Origin: Bdellovibrionales bacterium
GTDB taxonomy: Bacteria > Bdellovibrionota > Bdellovibrionia > Bdellovibrionales > UBA1609
Assembly (NCBI GenBank): GCA_050246815.1
Contig: JBFWVI010000012.1
Coordinates: 1-64,000 of the forward strand
DNA: 64,000 bases
Direction of reading: 5' to 3'
Shown: piece by piece, positions 49,330-59,460 of the stretch
Layout: each line of letters starts with the position of its first letter
Numbering within the stretch: position 1 is the first letter of the stretch
Translations under genes and position numbers: made by a program
Notes under the pieces: generated by a model
What the model was told of the DNA's origin: nothing
Seen by the model: only the letters and a program-made list of their open reading frames with translations
Database searches by the model: none

Positions 49330-51321
49330 TTAGGGCCTAGGCACGATTCCCCAAATTGGGACATTGTTGAAGCCACTATTCAAAACGGTGGGCCAGTTGC
49401 TGGCACTGGTCAGGCGGCCCCACGCCGCACTCGCACCTGGGGCGTTGTGGTCAACCGAGTACGCGGCGGCAGGCATGAGATTGCCCCAGTAACCAGTCGC
49501 AGCGGATGCTGGATCGCCGCCGCTGCTTCCAAGCAAAGTATTGCCACAGGCGGCTGCGCCAAAGGTGGCCGTGAACACTTGGCCCCAGTTGTTGTAGGCC
49601 ATAGTCAAATTCGCGACCGGTCCTGGCGCGGCTTTGACCGTATATGTCGATGCATAGTTGAAACAATAGCTTCCTGCGCCACCGGCTCCCAAAAGTCCAA
49701 CGGGAATTTTGTAAAGCCAGTTTCGGACCGTGTTCCAGCTTGTCATATTGGCGAAAGGCTCTAGATCGCTGACCATGCCGTAGCTTTGCACCATAAAATC
49801 GTGCATAAAAACCGAAGTCAGGCCGGAACCATAACTATTAAAGCAAATATCACCCGGGCAGTATTCGTACAAAATGCCAAGCTGGTTCATTCCTGTCACT
49901 TGAGTTTGCGTCAAGAGGTCAGTCATGTTGTTTTGCAGATAGGTCGACCACTCGCTGGTCACACTGTCGGCGGGCGCTAAAGCCACAAGTTGTCCCAAGG
50001 TGCGTGAACACCATGCCACTGAACGCACTTGGCTTCCCATAAGGCGATTCAGGCCAGAGCCGTTGGTTGAGCTGTAATACAGAAAACAGCTTCCCGCTTG
50101 ATGCTGCATATTTTCGAGCGCCAAATAATCGCCTGTGACCATATAGGCCAAGTATCCAGAGGAGCCATGATGAGCCAGTTCCCAGCTGAGTGGCCCGGCC
50201 CCGACTTCATTTGCTCCTCCGCCATTGGCGCCATTCACGGTGTAATTGGGATATTTCGAGGGCCGAACGGGCAAGTTCTGATCCGTTGATCCGCGATAAA
50301 TAATCGCGTAACTGCCAAGGGCTTTGGTGTTGGCGATCACGGACTTCAGCGCCCGTTCGTCACCGCCACTAGTCAGATACAAAGCATCCCAAAGCGGCAG
50401 CAGGCCAATTTGGTCTTGATAACCCGTTTCTCCCATCAACTTCGTCCAACCACCGTTTTGATAGGGCACATAATTTTGATAAAGCCCACTTAAAACCGCC
50501 GAGCTTGGCGTTTGAGTTATGTAGTTTGGAACGAGTTTCGAGTTTATTAAATAATTCGTATTCAATTTAAACATCACCTGCGGGTTGCCGTTGACCCAGC
50601 CTTCCGCGGTCCAGCGCGTGTGGTTGTAATGAGTGATTGCGCCACTGAACACATTGGCGCCGCCAATAGAGACGTTCGCATTGTAGGATTTGTCGCTGCC
50701 GCTTAAATCCACATGCCCATTTTCAACGTTGGCGCGGATCCAAATGCGCCCGTTCTTGAAAAGTCGCACATGAAAGTAAACCAAAACGCCGCCGGTCGCA
50801 CCTTGGTAATGGGCCTCGACCATTTCGGGGCCGCTGATAAAAGTTCGCACCGGCGTGGCCAAGAGAGAGGACAAATTTACCGAGCCCAATGCGCCCAGAC
50901 TTACCACAGCCGAGGGGTTGGCTGCCTGAATATTGGCGGCTGTTAATGCTGTTTGCGCACCTGTGGTACCGCGTAAGATTGTAACCGTTTTTGCCACGTT
51001 GGCCGCCAAGGCTGCATGGCCCGAGATGATCGCATGTTTGACACTGCCATCGTTCCATCGTCTCATCACGACGACTTGTCCATCCGGGATATCCAGCACG
51101 GCCGAGGTCGGCACATCGCCGGATTTGAACCCCATTCCCAAGGTGAACGGTAAAATTCCAGCATTCGTCGAACTCAATTCAAACGTGGTCACGGGACCAG
51201 CCGTTTGCGGCGCCGGTTTCACTGAAATTTTAAGTGGCGCCGTTTTGATTTGGATTGCCCAAGAGCAGGGCCCCGGCAAGATCACGAACAAGAAGCATAT
51301 GAATTTGGATCTGCTGCCCAT
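49330..51321 (-). CDS. Secreted protein with YetA/PcRGLX-like N-terminal barrel (putative polysaccharide lyase-like)
   Basis: PFTLGMGFKSGDVP...RRWNDGSVKHAII, GPEMVE, VRLFKNG motifs; W/Y-rich helical C-terminus. Confidence 0.6.
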   Translation of the reverse strand: MGSRSKFICFLFVILPGPCSWAIQIKTAPLKISVKPAPQTAGPVTTFELSSTNAGILPFTLGMGFKSGDVPTSAVLDIPDGQVVVMRRWNDGSVKHAIISGHAALAANVAKTVTILRGTTGAQTALTAANIQAANPSAVVSLGALGSVNLSSLLATPVRTFISGPEMVEAHYQGATGGVLVYFHVRLFKNGRIWIRANVENGHVDLSGSDKSYNANVSIGGANVFSGAITHYNHTRWTAEGWVNGNPQVMFKLNTNYLINSKLVPNYITQTPSSAVLSGLYQNYVPYQNGGWTKLMGETGYQDQIGLLPLWDALYLTSGGDERALKSVIANTKALGSYAIIYRGSTDQNLPVRPSKYPNYTVNGANGGGANEVGAGPLSWELAHHGSSGYLAYMVTGDYLALENMQHQAGSCFLYYSSTNGSGLNRLMGSQVRSVAWCSRTLGQLVALAPADSVTSEWSTYLQNNMTDLLTQTQVTGMNQLGILYEYCPGDICFNSYGSGLTSVFMHDFMVQSYGMVSDLEPFANMTSWNTVRNWLYKIPVGLLGAGGAGSYCFNYASTYTVKAAPGPVANLTMAYNNWGQVFTATFGAAACGNTLLGSSGGDPASAATGYWGNLMPAAAYSVDHNAPGASAAWGRLTSASNWPTVLNSGFNNVPIWGIVPRP

Positions 51322-51610
51322 ACTTAGTAACCCCCATAAACACCAATTTAAACGGCATTCAGCGCGGCAGCCACTATGATTGTGGCTCGCTTATGTTTCA
51401 AATCGGGACTGAGCCGACTAATCTGGCTAACCTTTTTTCGCTCGACGTTGGCAATTGTTGCTTGTCCAATTTTCCCTTTTCGAACGTGTCTTTTTGAGAA
51501 ACTCAAAAACCGCCAGTCCTTTCAAGAGGCAAAAAGTTCGTCATTTTTCCCCACTTTTCTCATTTTGCCGGAAGGCCCTAAACTGAAAGCACCGCAGAAC
51601 TGGAGAACTT

Positions 51611-52084
51611 ATGAGTAGCAAAAAGCCTTTCAAAATGGTTCCGGTAGGAATTTTGGTGATTTCTGTCACCGGCTTTGCCGCTTTTTTGACAAAAGACTCG
51701 CTGCACGGATGGATCATGGCGAAGATGCAGCCAAAAACCAAAGTGACTTTTTTGGCTGAAAATAATCAGCCCTCTTTTCAAGCGTTGGTCAGGGGCCGAA
51801 CGGCGGAAATTCAATCTTGCTACAATGCCCAGCTTAAAAAGGGTCTGAACAAATCCGGTAAGCTGGTGATCAAGTGGCTGGTCAGCTCAGAGGGGCGGGC
51901 GGATGACTTTGTCGAAGAACAGAACGAATTGGGATCCCCAGAGCTTTATGAATGTGCCCGTAGCGCCATCCAATCCTGGTCGTTCCCTAAAAATCGCCCG
52001 ACGTATATCCGGCACACCTTTAAAATGCGCAATACTACCCCTGATAACGTGGCGCGCGCAGCCACGGAAGTTGAGGCCGAATGA
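51611..52084 (+). CDS. AgmX/PglI (TonB C-terminal-like) domain protein
   Basis: TM followed by IQSCYNAQL...GKLVIKWLVSSEG...ECARSAIQSWSFP. Confidence 0.8.
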   Translation: MSSKKPFKMVPVGILVISVTGFAAFLTKDSLHGWIMAKMQPKTKVTFLAENNQPSFQALVRGRTAEIQSCYNAQLKKGLNKSGKLVIKWLVSSEGRADDFVEEQNELGSPELYECARSAIQSWSFPKNRPTYIRHTFKMRNTTPDNVARAATEVEAE

Positions 52085-52160
52085 AAAGAATTCCAGACTA
52101 GAAAAACGCTATCTGCTTCGCCCCGATTTCGTTATTGGTTAGCACTAACGGGGGCGAACC

Positions 52161-53054
52161 ATGAAAAAATTGATGCTTTTTGGCTTGGGCGTATTTGCGG
52201 TTTCGGCGTTGGCTCGCGAGACCAAGCTGGACGTGGATTTGTTATGCAAACAAACATCTCGTGAGTGGGTCGAGGTGGGCCTGAAGCGCACGGATGGTGA
52301 AAACACGGTTTTCATTGTTCTGAGCGAGGGCGGGCAGCGGGGGCTTTACCGCAAAATACTCGCCAATAAAGGCGAAGATTTTTCTGACATGTTACGTAAG
52401 TCCACAGCCTACACGGATTTGCAAACGGGTAAACGTTTACGTTTTCGCGTGAGCGAATATAAAAAAAACGACAAATTTAAGCGTGGCATTCAGGCCCAAA
52501 TTTATATGAGCAGTTTGTACGGCGACGTTGAGGTCATGGGCCTTACTTGTCAGAAGCGCGCGGAACTGAAATGGGATCCAGCTGTTCGCTACGGCAACCG
52601 TGCCACATCCAAGGACTCCAAGTTGATCTTGAAAACAGTCGAAGAGCTTGGCGATTTGGCCCATGGTGTTTCTGCCTATCGTGTAGAGGGCAAGAATATT
52701 CGCCAAATCGTCGCTAACTTCGCGTTGGACCAAGATGGGGAAGACGAAGAACGCGAGTTTGATTGGGATTCCAAAACGGGCCCCGAGTCTGATGGCAGTG
52801 CATGGGGCTCGATGAATCACAGGGTAGCCGTGGGCGTTGTCGGCTTTGTCGAGAAAGATGGCGAAATCGATGAAAAGGCTTCGGCCAAAATGCAAAAGGT
52901 GCTTGAGCGCCTGCAAGACGTGGGTACAGCCGCCTACACGTGGCGCCCCAGTGATTACAGTTACTGTGGTGCCAGCTTCCCCAGCATCGCCATCGTCGAC
53001 CTTGAGGCCGGAATTATATATATCGTGCACCAGGGGCTTTCGGGCAGCTGTTAG
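52161..53054 (+). CDS. Hypothetical secreted protein
   Basis: Signal peptide MKKLMLFGLGVFAVSALA. Confidence 0.7.
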   Translation: MKKLMLFGLGVFAVSALARETKLDVDLLCKQTSREWVEVGLKRTDGENTVFIVLSEGGQRGLYRKILANKGEDFSDMLRKSTAYTDLQTGKRLRFRVSEYKKNDKFKRGIQAQIYMSSLYGDVEVMGLTCQKRAELKWDPAVRYGNRATSKDSKLILKTVEELGDLAHGVSAYRVEGKNIRQIVANFALDQDGEDEEREFDWDSKTGPESDGSAWGSMNHRVAVGVVGFVEKDGEIDEKASAKMQKVLERLQDVGTAAYTWRPSDYSYCGASFPSIAIVDLEAGIIYIVHQGLSGSC

Positions 53055-53140
53055 GAGGGGCGGTCGATAATCACTTCCTTTTATTTGCTTAAAGAGGTGT
53101 GCTTTTGTATGACTAGTGCGCACCTTTAAAAGGAGTGTAT

Positions 53141-53575
53141 ATGGATAAAAAGCCCATAATTGATGCGCTCAATAAAATTCTCGAAAATGAATTGGCTGGG
53201 GTGGTCCGCTACACTCACTATTCCTTGATGGTTTATGGTTACAACCGTATCCCCATCGTTAAATGGTTGCGCGATCAATCGACCGAGTCCCTTGGACATG
53301 CCAATGCAGCGGGCGAGCACATCACTACTTTGGGGGGCCACCCCTCTTTGAAAATCAGTTCGCTGCTCGAAACACACAAACACACGATCAATGACATTTT
53401 AGCCGAAAGCTTAGACCATGAATCCAAGCAGCTCGAAAACTACAAAGAGCTTCTGCGCTTAGTCGAAGGCCAATCTGTCTTCTTGGAAGAGTATGCTCGC
53501 GAGATGATTTATGACGAAGAGACGCATATTTCGGAAGTCGTAAAAATGATGCGCAAGCCGGATTCTCCATCTTAA
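53141..53575 (+). CDS. Bacterioferritin-related ferritin-like protein
   Basis: LNKILENELAGVVRY...ESLGHA...LGGHP...HE...EETH; RBS aaggag. Confidence 0.85.
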   Translation: MDKKPIIDALNKILENELAGVVRYTHYSLMVYGYNRIPIVKWLRDQSTESLGHANAAGEHITTLGGHPSLKISSLLETHKHTINDILAESLDHESKQLENYKELLRLVEGQSVFLEEYAREMIYDEETHISEVVKMMRKPDSPS

Positions 53576-53657
53576 CTGAAAGTGACATTGCAGCCCCACG
53601 CGCGCTGACATACGATAATGAATATTGTCGTAGGTCAGGCAATGAAAGGACTTCGGC

Positions 53658-54893
53658 GTGCAGAAGGGCCCTGCCTTTACCGGCTATCAAAAATTCGTGG
53701 TGGCCGTTCTAGCATTTTTGCAGTTCACCATTGTGCTCGATTTCATGATTTTGTCGCCTTTGGGGGCAATTTTGATGCCGGCTTTGAATATATCACCCAA
53801 ACAATTTGGCGTGGTGGTGTCGGGTTACGCGTTTAGCGCGGGACTTTCTGGTCTTTTGGCAGCGGGCTTTGCGGATCGCTTTGATCGCAAAAAATTGCTG
53901 CTGTTTTTTTATGGCGGCTTTATTTTAGGTACTTTGCTTTGTGGTTTGGCCCCCAACTACCATTTTTTGCTGGGTGCACGCGTTGTAACCGGTGTGTTTG
54001 GCGGTGTCATTGGCTCAATCGTAGCGGCGATCACCACCGATCTTTTTGCGTTTGAAATGCGTGGGCGGGTGATGGGTTTTGTGCAAACAGCATTTGCCAG
54101 CAGTCAGATCTTAGGAATTCCCGCGGGACTTTATTTTTCGAACCTCTGGGGCTGGCATGCGCCCTTTATTATGATCGTGTGTGTGGGTTTAGTTGTCGGC
54201 ATCTTAATCTCACGCTACCTAAGGCCCATTGACGAACACCTGAAATTGCCGCAGGCACAACAAAATGCATTTTTACATTTGCGCAGCACGGTAACAAAAC
54301 CGATCTATCTGCTGGCATTTGCCGCCACAGCGTTGCTGACCACTGGCGGTTTTATGCTGATGCCGTTTGGAAGCGCTTTCACTGTGAACAATATGGGCAT
54401 ACATATTGAGAAGCTCCCCTTGATGTATTTGATCAGTGGAATCTTTGCGATGTTCACGGGGCCTTTGATCGGGCGGGCCAGTGACAGCTTGGGCAAATTC
54501 AGAGTTTTTCTATTCGGCACCCTTTTGACCATGGTTATGGCGGTCATTTACACCAATCTTGGTGTTACGCCATTTGCGGTGGCGGTGATGATCAATGTGA
54601 TTTTCTTTGTCGGGATTTTTTCGCGTATTATTTCATCGCAAGCACTGATGTCGGCGATTCCAGATCCGGCAACTCGCGGATCTTTCATGTCGGTCAGCTC
54701 TTCGCTGCAACAGATTTCAGGTGGCATTGCTTCCGTGATCGCCGGTTTAATCGTCGTGCAGGCCCCCGGCGGCCAGCTGGAACACTTTGATACCTTGGGG
54801 TACATTTTAGTCGGCACGACCGCCATCACTCTGGTGATGATGTTCTTCATTCATCGCGTAGTGCCTGAACCGACCGGGCCATTGGTGAGTTAA
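53658..54893 (+). CDS. MFS transporter
   Basis: GFADRFDRKK motif A; ARVVTGVFGG; about 12 TMs. Confidence 0.92.
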   Translation: MQKGPAFTGYQKFVVAVLAFLQFTIVLDFMILSPLGAILMPALNISPKQFGVVVSGYAFSAGLSGLLAAGFADRFDRKKLLLFFYGGFILGTLLCGLAPNYHFLLGARVVTGVFGGVIGSIVAAITTDLFAFEMRGRVMGFVQTAFASSQILGIPAGLYFSNLWGWHAPFIMIVCVGLVVGILISRYLRPIDEHLKLPQAQQNAFLHLRSTVTKPIYLLAFAATALLTTGGFMLMPFGSAFTVNNMGIHIEKLPLMYLISGIFAMFTGPLIGRASDSLGKFRVFLFGTLLTMVMAVIYTNLGVTPFAVAVMINVIFFVGIFSRIISSQALMSAIPDPATRGSFMSVSSSLQQISGGIASVIAGLIVVQAPGGQLEHFDTLGYILVGTTAITLVMMFFIHRVVPEPTGPLVS

Positions 54894-56936
54894 ATGAATT
54901 GGATATGGATTGCAATTGCAGGATGGGTGATTGGCACATTGAGTGGGTACGCAAGCGCGGTGGAAACCGCAGAAGGCGACCATGTGAAAATTTCTTGGGT
55001 GGCGCCGAAATCTTTCGGTATTTCACCCGAGACAATTGGACTTCGATTTCAGATAGATCCCGACTGGCACATTTATTGGAAAAACCCAGGTGATTCGGGT
55101 GCCGCGCCAAAGTTTGTCTTAAGCGGAGATTCGGCTGGACCGCTGTTGTGGCCGCGTCCCCACCGAATCCAAGTCGCCCACTTGACCAATATTGGTTACG
55201 AAGACGAAGTGGTTTTTACGTTTGAGGTGACGCCAGCCGCAAAGGCGGCAAAGGTTCAACTTAAGGCGCAACTTGAGTGGCTGGTGTGCAAAGTGGAATG
55301 TATTCCGGGATTCGCCACTCTGGAGATGATGCGCCCGATTCAAGGCGCACAGGCAGAGTGGTTGGCTTTGAACTTGAAGAAACGAGATGCATTTTTAAAT
55401 CAAGTGCCAAGTTCGGACCCGCAACAAATTGAGTCTTTAAAGAAAGCCTGGTTGGTTTCGCGGGCCGAGAACGGTTTGCGGATTGAGGTTCGTGATGCGG
55501 AATCAAACGAACAAGACGCCCTGCAGTTTTACCCCACGGATCCCGAGATTTTAAAGCCCGCTGCGCCTATTTTCGAAAGAACCGACCAGGGGTACAGTCT
55601 GCTCTTTGCGACTCGTCCCGGGCAAACCGTGCCTACCCAAGTGGGTTTTGTGGTGGCAAAGGCCGATCAGTCTTGGGAGATTGCGGATTTAGTTGTGGCA
55701 AATGGACCTGCTGAAGTTGCGGACCCGCCTTTAGAAGTTTCTTTATGGCTTTTACTTTTATCGGCGCTTTTGGGAGGGGTCATTTTAAATCTAATGCCCT
55801 GCGTGTTGCCGGTTTTATCGATCAAATTTTTCTCTTTGGCCAAAGCGAGTGCAAGTCATCGTCGGCAAGAAGGGCTACTTTATGCGGCAGGAGTGCTGGC
55901 CACATTCACCATTTTGGGCGGCGTGTTTTTGTTGCTTCGCGCGGGCGGGGCATCCGTCGGGTGGGGCTATCAGTTGCAATCCCCGCCGACCATCTTGGCC
56001 CTGATCTTATTGTTTTGGCTGATGGGCTTGAACTTTTTTGGATTTTTTGAATTTGGCACTTCTTTGATGAGCGCGGCGGGACGGTTTAAGAATGCGGGCT
56101 CATTCGCCACCGGCATGTTGTCGGTTTTTGTGGCGGCCCCGTGCACGGGGCCTTTTATGGGTGCTGCGTTGGGTGCGGCGGCGACGCTTCCGACGTTGCC
56201 GTCAATTTTGATTTTTGTGTTTTTAGGTTTGGGTTTAAGTTTGCCATTTTTGTTGCTGTCATTTTTTCCGTCTCTACTGAAGGGTATGCCCAAGCCCGGT
56301 GCTTGGATGGAGCGCTTTAAGCAATTTTTGGCCTTTCCCTTATTTGGTACCGTGATTTGGCTGCTTTGGGTTTTGGGTGTCCAAGTGGGTACGAATGGTT
56401 GGTTTTACGCCAGCGTGTTGTTGTTTGTGGTGGCCTTTGCGATTTGGTTGGGGCGAGGCCGTCGCCTTAGCCAGGTGCTGGGATGGTTGCTGGTCATAGC
56501 CGCACTGATTTTTTCTTATCAGGGTTTGCAGCGAGCCGCTATGCGCGCAACCCGCCCGTCTGATCAGGCGGTGTCGGCCAATTGGCAAAACTATGATCCA
56601 CAATTGCTTCGATCGGCCCAAGCCAATCGGCAGGCGGTGTTTGTCGACTTCACGGCGGCTTGGTGCATCACTTGTCAGGTGAATAAAAAGGTTGTGCTTG
56701 AAACTAGTGCCGCTGCTCAGATTTTCGAGCGTAACAAGGTACTGTTGATGCGGGGGGATTGGACCAAGCAGGATCCCGTGATCACTGAGGCCTTGGCAGC
56801 TTTTGGCCGCAATTCGGTGCCGTTTTACGTTTTTTATCCCGCCAGCGGGGCCACGCCCGTCGTGCTGCCCCAGATATTGACCGTGGCCATGATCGAAGAT
56901 CTATTTAGCACTCAAGCCAAAGGAGGCCCGAAATGA
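54894..56936 (+). CDS. dsbD: Thiol:disulfide interchange protein DsbD (ScsB-like)
   Basis: WHIYWKNPGDSG, CKVEC, NLMPCVLP, APCTGP, thioredoxin WCITC. Confidence 0.92.
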   Translation: MNWIWIAIAGWVIGTLSGYASAVETAEGDHVKISWVAPKSFGISPETIGLRFQIDPDWHIYWKNPGDSGAAPKFVLSGDSAGPLLWPRPHRIQVAHLTNIGYEDEVVFTFEVTPAAKAAKVQLKAQLEWLVCKVECIPGFATLEMMRPIQGAQAEWLALNLKKRDAFLNQVPSSDPQQIESLKKAWLVSRAENGLRIEVRDAESNEQDALQFYPTDPEILKPAAPIFERTDQGYSLLFATRPGQTVPTQVGFVVAKADQSWEIADLVVANGPAEVADPPLEVSLWLLLLSALLGGVILNLMPCVLPVLSIKFFSLAKASASHRRQEGLLYAAGVLATFTILGGVFLLLRAGGASVGWGYQLQSPPTILALILLFWLMGLNFFGFFEFGTSLMSAAGRFKNAGSFATGMLSVFVAAPCTGPFMGAALGAAATLPTLPSILIFVFLGLGLSLPFLLLSFFPSLLKGMPKPGAWMERFKQFLAFPLFGTVIWLLWVLGVQVGTNGWFYASVLLFVVAFAIWLGRGRRLSQVLGWLLVIAALIFSYQGLQRAAMRATRPSDQAVSANWQNYDPQLLRSAQANRQAVFVDFTAAWCITCQVNKKVVLETSAAAQIFERNKVLLMRGDWTKQDPVITEALAAFGRNSVPFYVFYPASGATPVVLPQILTVAMIEDLFSTQAKGGPK

Positions 56937-57532
56937 AATCTCTCGCCTTAGTTTTTGCTCTTGCCTTGAGCCCCTGCGTTTCTTGGTCCGAAGCTCTGCC
57001 GGGTGAAGCCGCGCCCAACTTTGAAGTCAAAGATGCAAACGGCAAAGTGCAAAAGCTTGCCGACTACAAAGGCAAGTGGCTGGTTTTGGAGTGGTTCAAC
57101 AAGGACTGCCCTTACGTGAAAAAGCATTACGGCTCGCAAAACATGCAGAGGCTACAAAAAGAGTTCACTGACAAAAAGGTGGCATGGCTGACGGTGATTT
57201 CCTCGGCCCCGGGCAAACAGGGTCACGTCAGTGCCAAGCAGGCCTTGGCGGACATGAAAGAGCGCGATGCCAAACCAACGGCTACGCTTTTGGATGAGTC
57301 CGGTGCCATGGGTAAAACCTACGGCGCGCAGACCACGCCGCACATGTTCGTGATTAATCCCGAACAACGAGTGGCTTACGCCGGCGCCATTGATGACAAC
57401 GATTCGGCCGATCCAGGCGTGATCGCAAAGTCGAAGAACTATGTGAGTGCCGCATTGACTGCAGGTTTGGCTGGCAAGCCGATCGAAAAAAACAGCGCTC
57501 GCCCTTACGGATGCAGCGTCAAATATCAATAG
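56933..57532 (+). CDS. Periplasmic redoxin (peroxiredoxin-like)
   Basis: Signal peptide; EWFNKDCPYV, YGAQTTPH, YAGAIDD, YGCSVKY; coupled to dsbD. Confidence 0.88.
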   Translation: MKSLALVFALALSPCVSWSEALPGEAAPNFEVKDANGKVQKLADYKGKWLVLEWFNKDCPYVKKHYGSQNMQRLQKEFTDKKVAWLTVISSAPGKQGHVSAKQALADMKERDAKPTATLLDESGAMGKTYGAQTTPHMFVINPEQRVAYAGAIDDNDSADPGVIAKSKNYVSAALTAGLAGKPIEKNSARPYGCSVKYQ

Positions 57533-57539
57533 GTAAAAA

Positions 57540-58250
57540 ATGGACTTAAGCTTACTTGCCACATTCAGTCTTTTGGTTGGCCTAGAAATCGTCCTTGGGA
57601 TCGACAACATTTTGTTAATCTCAATTCTGACGGATCGATTGGCCCCAGAACATCGAGCCAAGGCCAGGTATCTAGGTCTTGGCTTGGCGCTGGTGGCAAG
57701 ATGCTTTTTGCTGTTGGGCGCAGCTTACATTGTGAAATTGAATGAGCCGGTATTTTATGATTTCAGTTGGAAAAGTTTGATTTTGATCGGTGGTGGCGGC
57801 TTTCTACTATTTAAGGCGGTCAAAGAAATCCATCATGTGGTTGAGCACGTGCCAGGCGAAGACGAACATAAAAAAGGTGTCGGTGCGTCGTTTTCGGCCA
57901 TCATCACGCAAATTATAGCGCTTGATTTGGTCTTTTCGATTGATTCGGTGATCACAGCGGTGGGCTTAACCGATAATCTTTATGTGATCTATGCTTCGGT
58001 TCTGGCATCTTTTGCTTTGGTTTTGATTTTTTCTGGATCAATTGCCAGCTTTGTTCAGCGCCACGCCACGCTTAAAATTTTGGCGCTGTCTTTTTTGGTG
58101 ACGATCGGTGTGACCTTGGTGATGGAAGGTTTTGGTGGCCACGTGCCAAAGGGCTACATTTATCTGCCGATGGGCTTTGCTTTGGTGGTGGAGCTGTTGC
58201 AGATGCGTTTCGCCCGCAATCAAAAGCGGGCGCCGCTGCCAAAACCATAA
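57540..58250 (+). CDS. terC: TerC-family membrane protein
   Basis: LEIVLGIDN, LDLVFSIDSVITAVG, PKGYIY. Confidence 0.9.
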   Translation: MDLSLLATFSLLVGLEIVLGIDNILLISILTDRLAPEHRAKARYLGLGLALVARCFLLLGAAYIVKLNEPVFYDFSWKSLILIGGGGFLLFKAVKEIHHVVEHVPGEDEHKKGVGASFSAIITQIIALDLVFSIDSVITAVGLTDNLYVIYASVLASFALVLIFSGSIASFVQRHATLKILALSFLVTIGVTLVMEGFGGHVPKGYIYLPMGFALVVELLQMRFARNQKRAPLPKP

Positions 58251-58422
58251 GGATCGATATATTCGCCGTCAGCTGCGGCCTATTGGAACAGGGCCCGTCT
58301 GACAATATGTCTAGGTGATCCCAGACTTTGATGCTAAGGTGCGGACAAGTCATTGCTAGTTGAGAGTTTATGTTCATTCCGTTCATTCCTCCAAAGTAGC
58401 GCTCAAGCCTTTAGGAGGTTTT

Positions 58423-58725
58423 ATGAGTAAAAAATTATACGTCGGTAATCTTCCCTATTCTGCAACGGACCAGTCCTTGACGGACATGTTCTCGCAGTGT
58501 GGTAGCGTGCAGTCTGCACGAGTGATCATGGATCGCGATTCTGGTCGCAGCAAAGGTTTCGGATTTGTTGAAATGTCGACAGACCAAGAAGCCACCAACT
58601 CGATCAGCCGCTTGAACGGCGCCGATCTTGATGGCCGCGCGATCAACGTGAGTGAGGCCAAGCCGCAAGCTCCGCGTGATGGATCTCGTGGTGGCGGTGG
58701 ATTTAATTCTCGCAACTCTTACTAA
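58423..58725 (+). CDS. RRM (RNP-1) RNA-binding protein
   Basis: LYVGNL, SKGFGFVEM, Gly-rich tail; aggagg RBS. Confidence 0.95.
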   Translation: MSKKLYVGNLPYSATDQSLTDMFSQCGSVQSARVIMDRDSGRSKGFGFVEMSTDQEATNSISRLNGADLDGRAINVSEAKPQAPRDGSRGGGGFNSRNSY

Positions 58726-58766
58726 GCGCGAAGACAATCTGATCTTGATTTAAGAATCAAATTGAT

Positions 58767-58798
58767 AAAAGCCGGCCTTTCGGGTCGGCTTTTATTTT
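58767..58798 (+). terminator. Rho-independent terminator
   Basis: aaaagccggcc-tttc-gggtcggctttt followed by atttt. Confidence 0.8.
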
Positions 58799-58814
58799 CA
58801 CTGAAAGGAATCAC

Positions 58815-59285
58815 GTGAGCATTCAGGTTATTTCCTTTAATTGTCTTCTTAAAAACAAAGCTGGCCGGTTGATCAGCTCGACCTTCAACCGCGAAGTTTT
58901 AAGCAGCTGTGGCAATGAAAACGCCATGCTAAGCGGCCTTTCAAAAGCCTTGCAAAATCTTAAAAAAGGCGAAAAAAGAACGATCTCGCTTTCGGCAGAA
59001 CAGGCCTATGGCCTTTATGATCCGCAAAAAATTATTCTTTTCCCTAAGAAAAAGCTGCCCCGACATTTGCGCGTGGGCGAAATGGTGACCATCGTAGGCA
59101 AAAGCGGAACTGCGCGTGTCTATAAAGTTGTGCAGTACTACGACGACATGGTCAGCCTCGACGGCAACCATCCTTTGGCAGGACAAGATTTGATATTTGA
59201 AATTGAAGCCCTCGACGCCCGCGAGGCCACCCCCCAAGAAATCGATGATTCGCTCAATGTGTTGTCTTCGCAGCTATTGCACTAA
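58815..59285 (+). CDS. FKBP-type peptidyl-prolyl isomerase (SlyD/SlpA-like)
   Basis: GEKRTISLSAEQAYG, DGNHPLAGQDLIFEI. Confidence 0.9.
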   Translation: MSIQVISFNCLLKNKAGRLISSTFNREVLSSCGNENAMLSGLSKALQNLKKGEKRTISLSAEQAYGLYDPQKIILFPKKKLPRHLRVGEMVTIVGKSGTARVYKVVQYYDDMVSLDGNHPLAGQDLIFEIEALDAREATPQEIDDSLNVLSSQLLH

Positions 59286-59317
59286 GCCCTGCAGTGAGGC
59301 TTGAGGACGCTTTGGAT

Positions 59318-59333
59318 TGGCACCGTATGTGCT
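59318..59333 (+). promoter_or_regulatory. Candidate sigma54 promoter
   Basis: TGGCACCGTATGTGCT, close to the TGGCAC-N5-TTGC consensus. Confidence 0.55.
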
Positions 59334-59460
59334 AGCTTATAGGGAATGTCGAGCCCGTCAGGCCTGCCCTATTTAGGTTTGTTTAAAAGCCCCTTTGATG
59401 GGCGCCAAATTGTCTATTGGGAAGATCCCAACAGTCTAAAATGGCTGGCACGTGGCCTAG

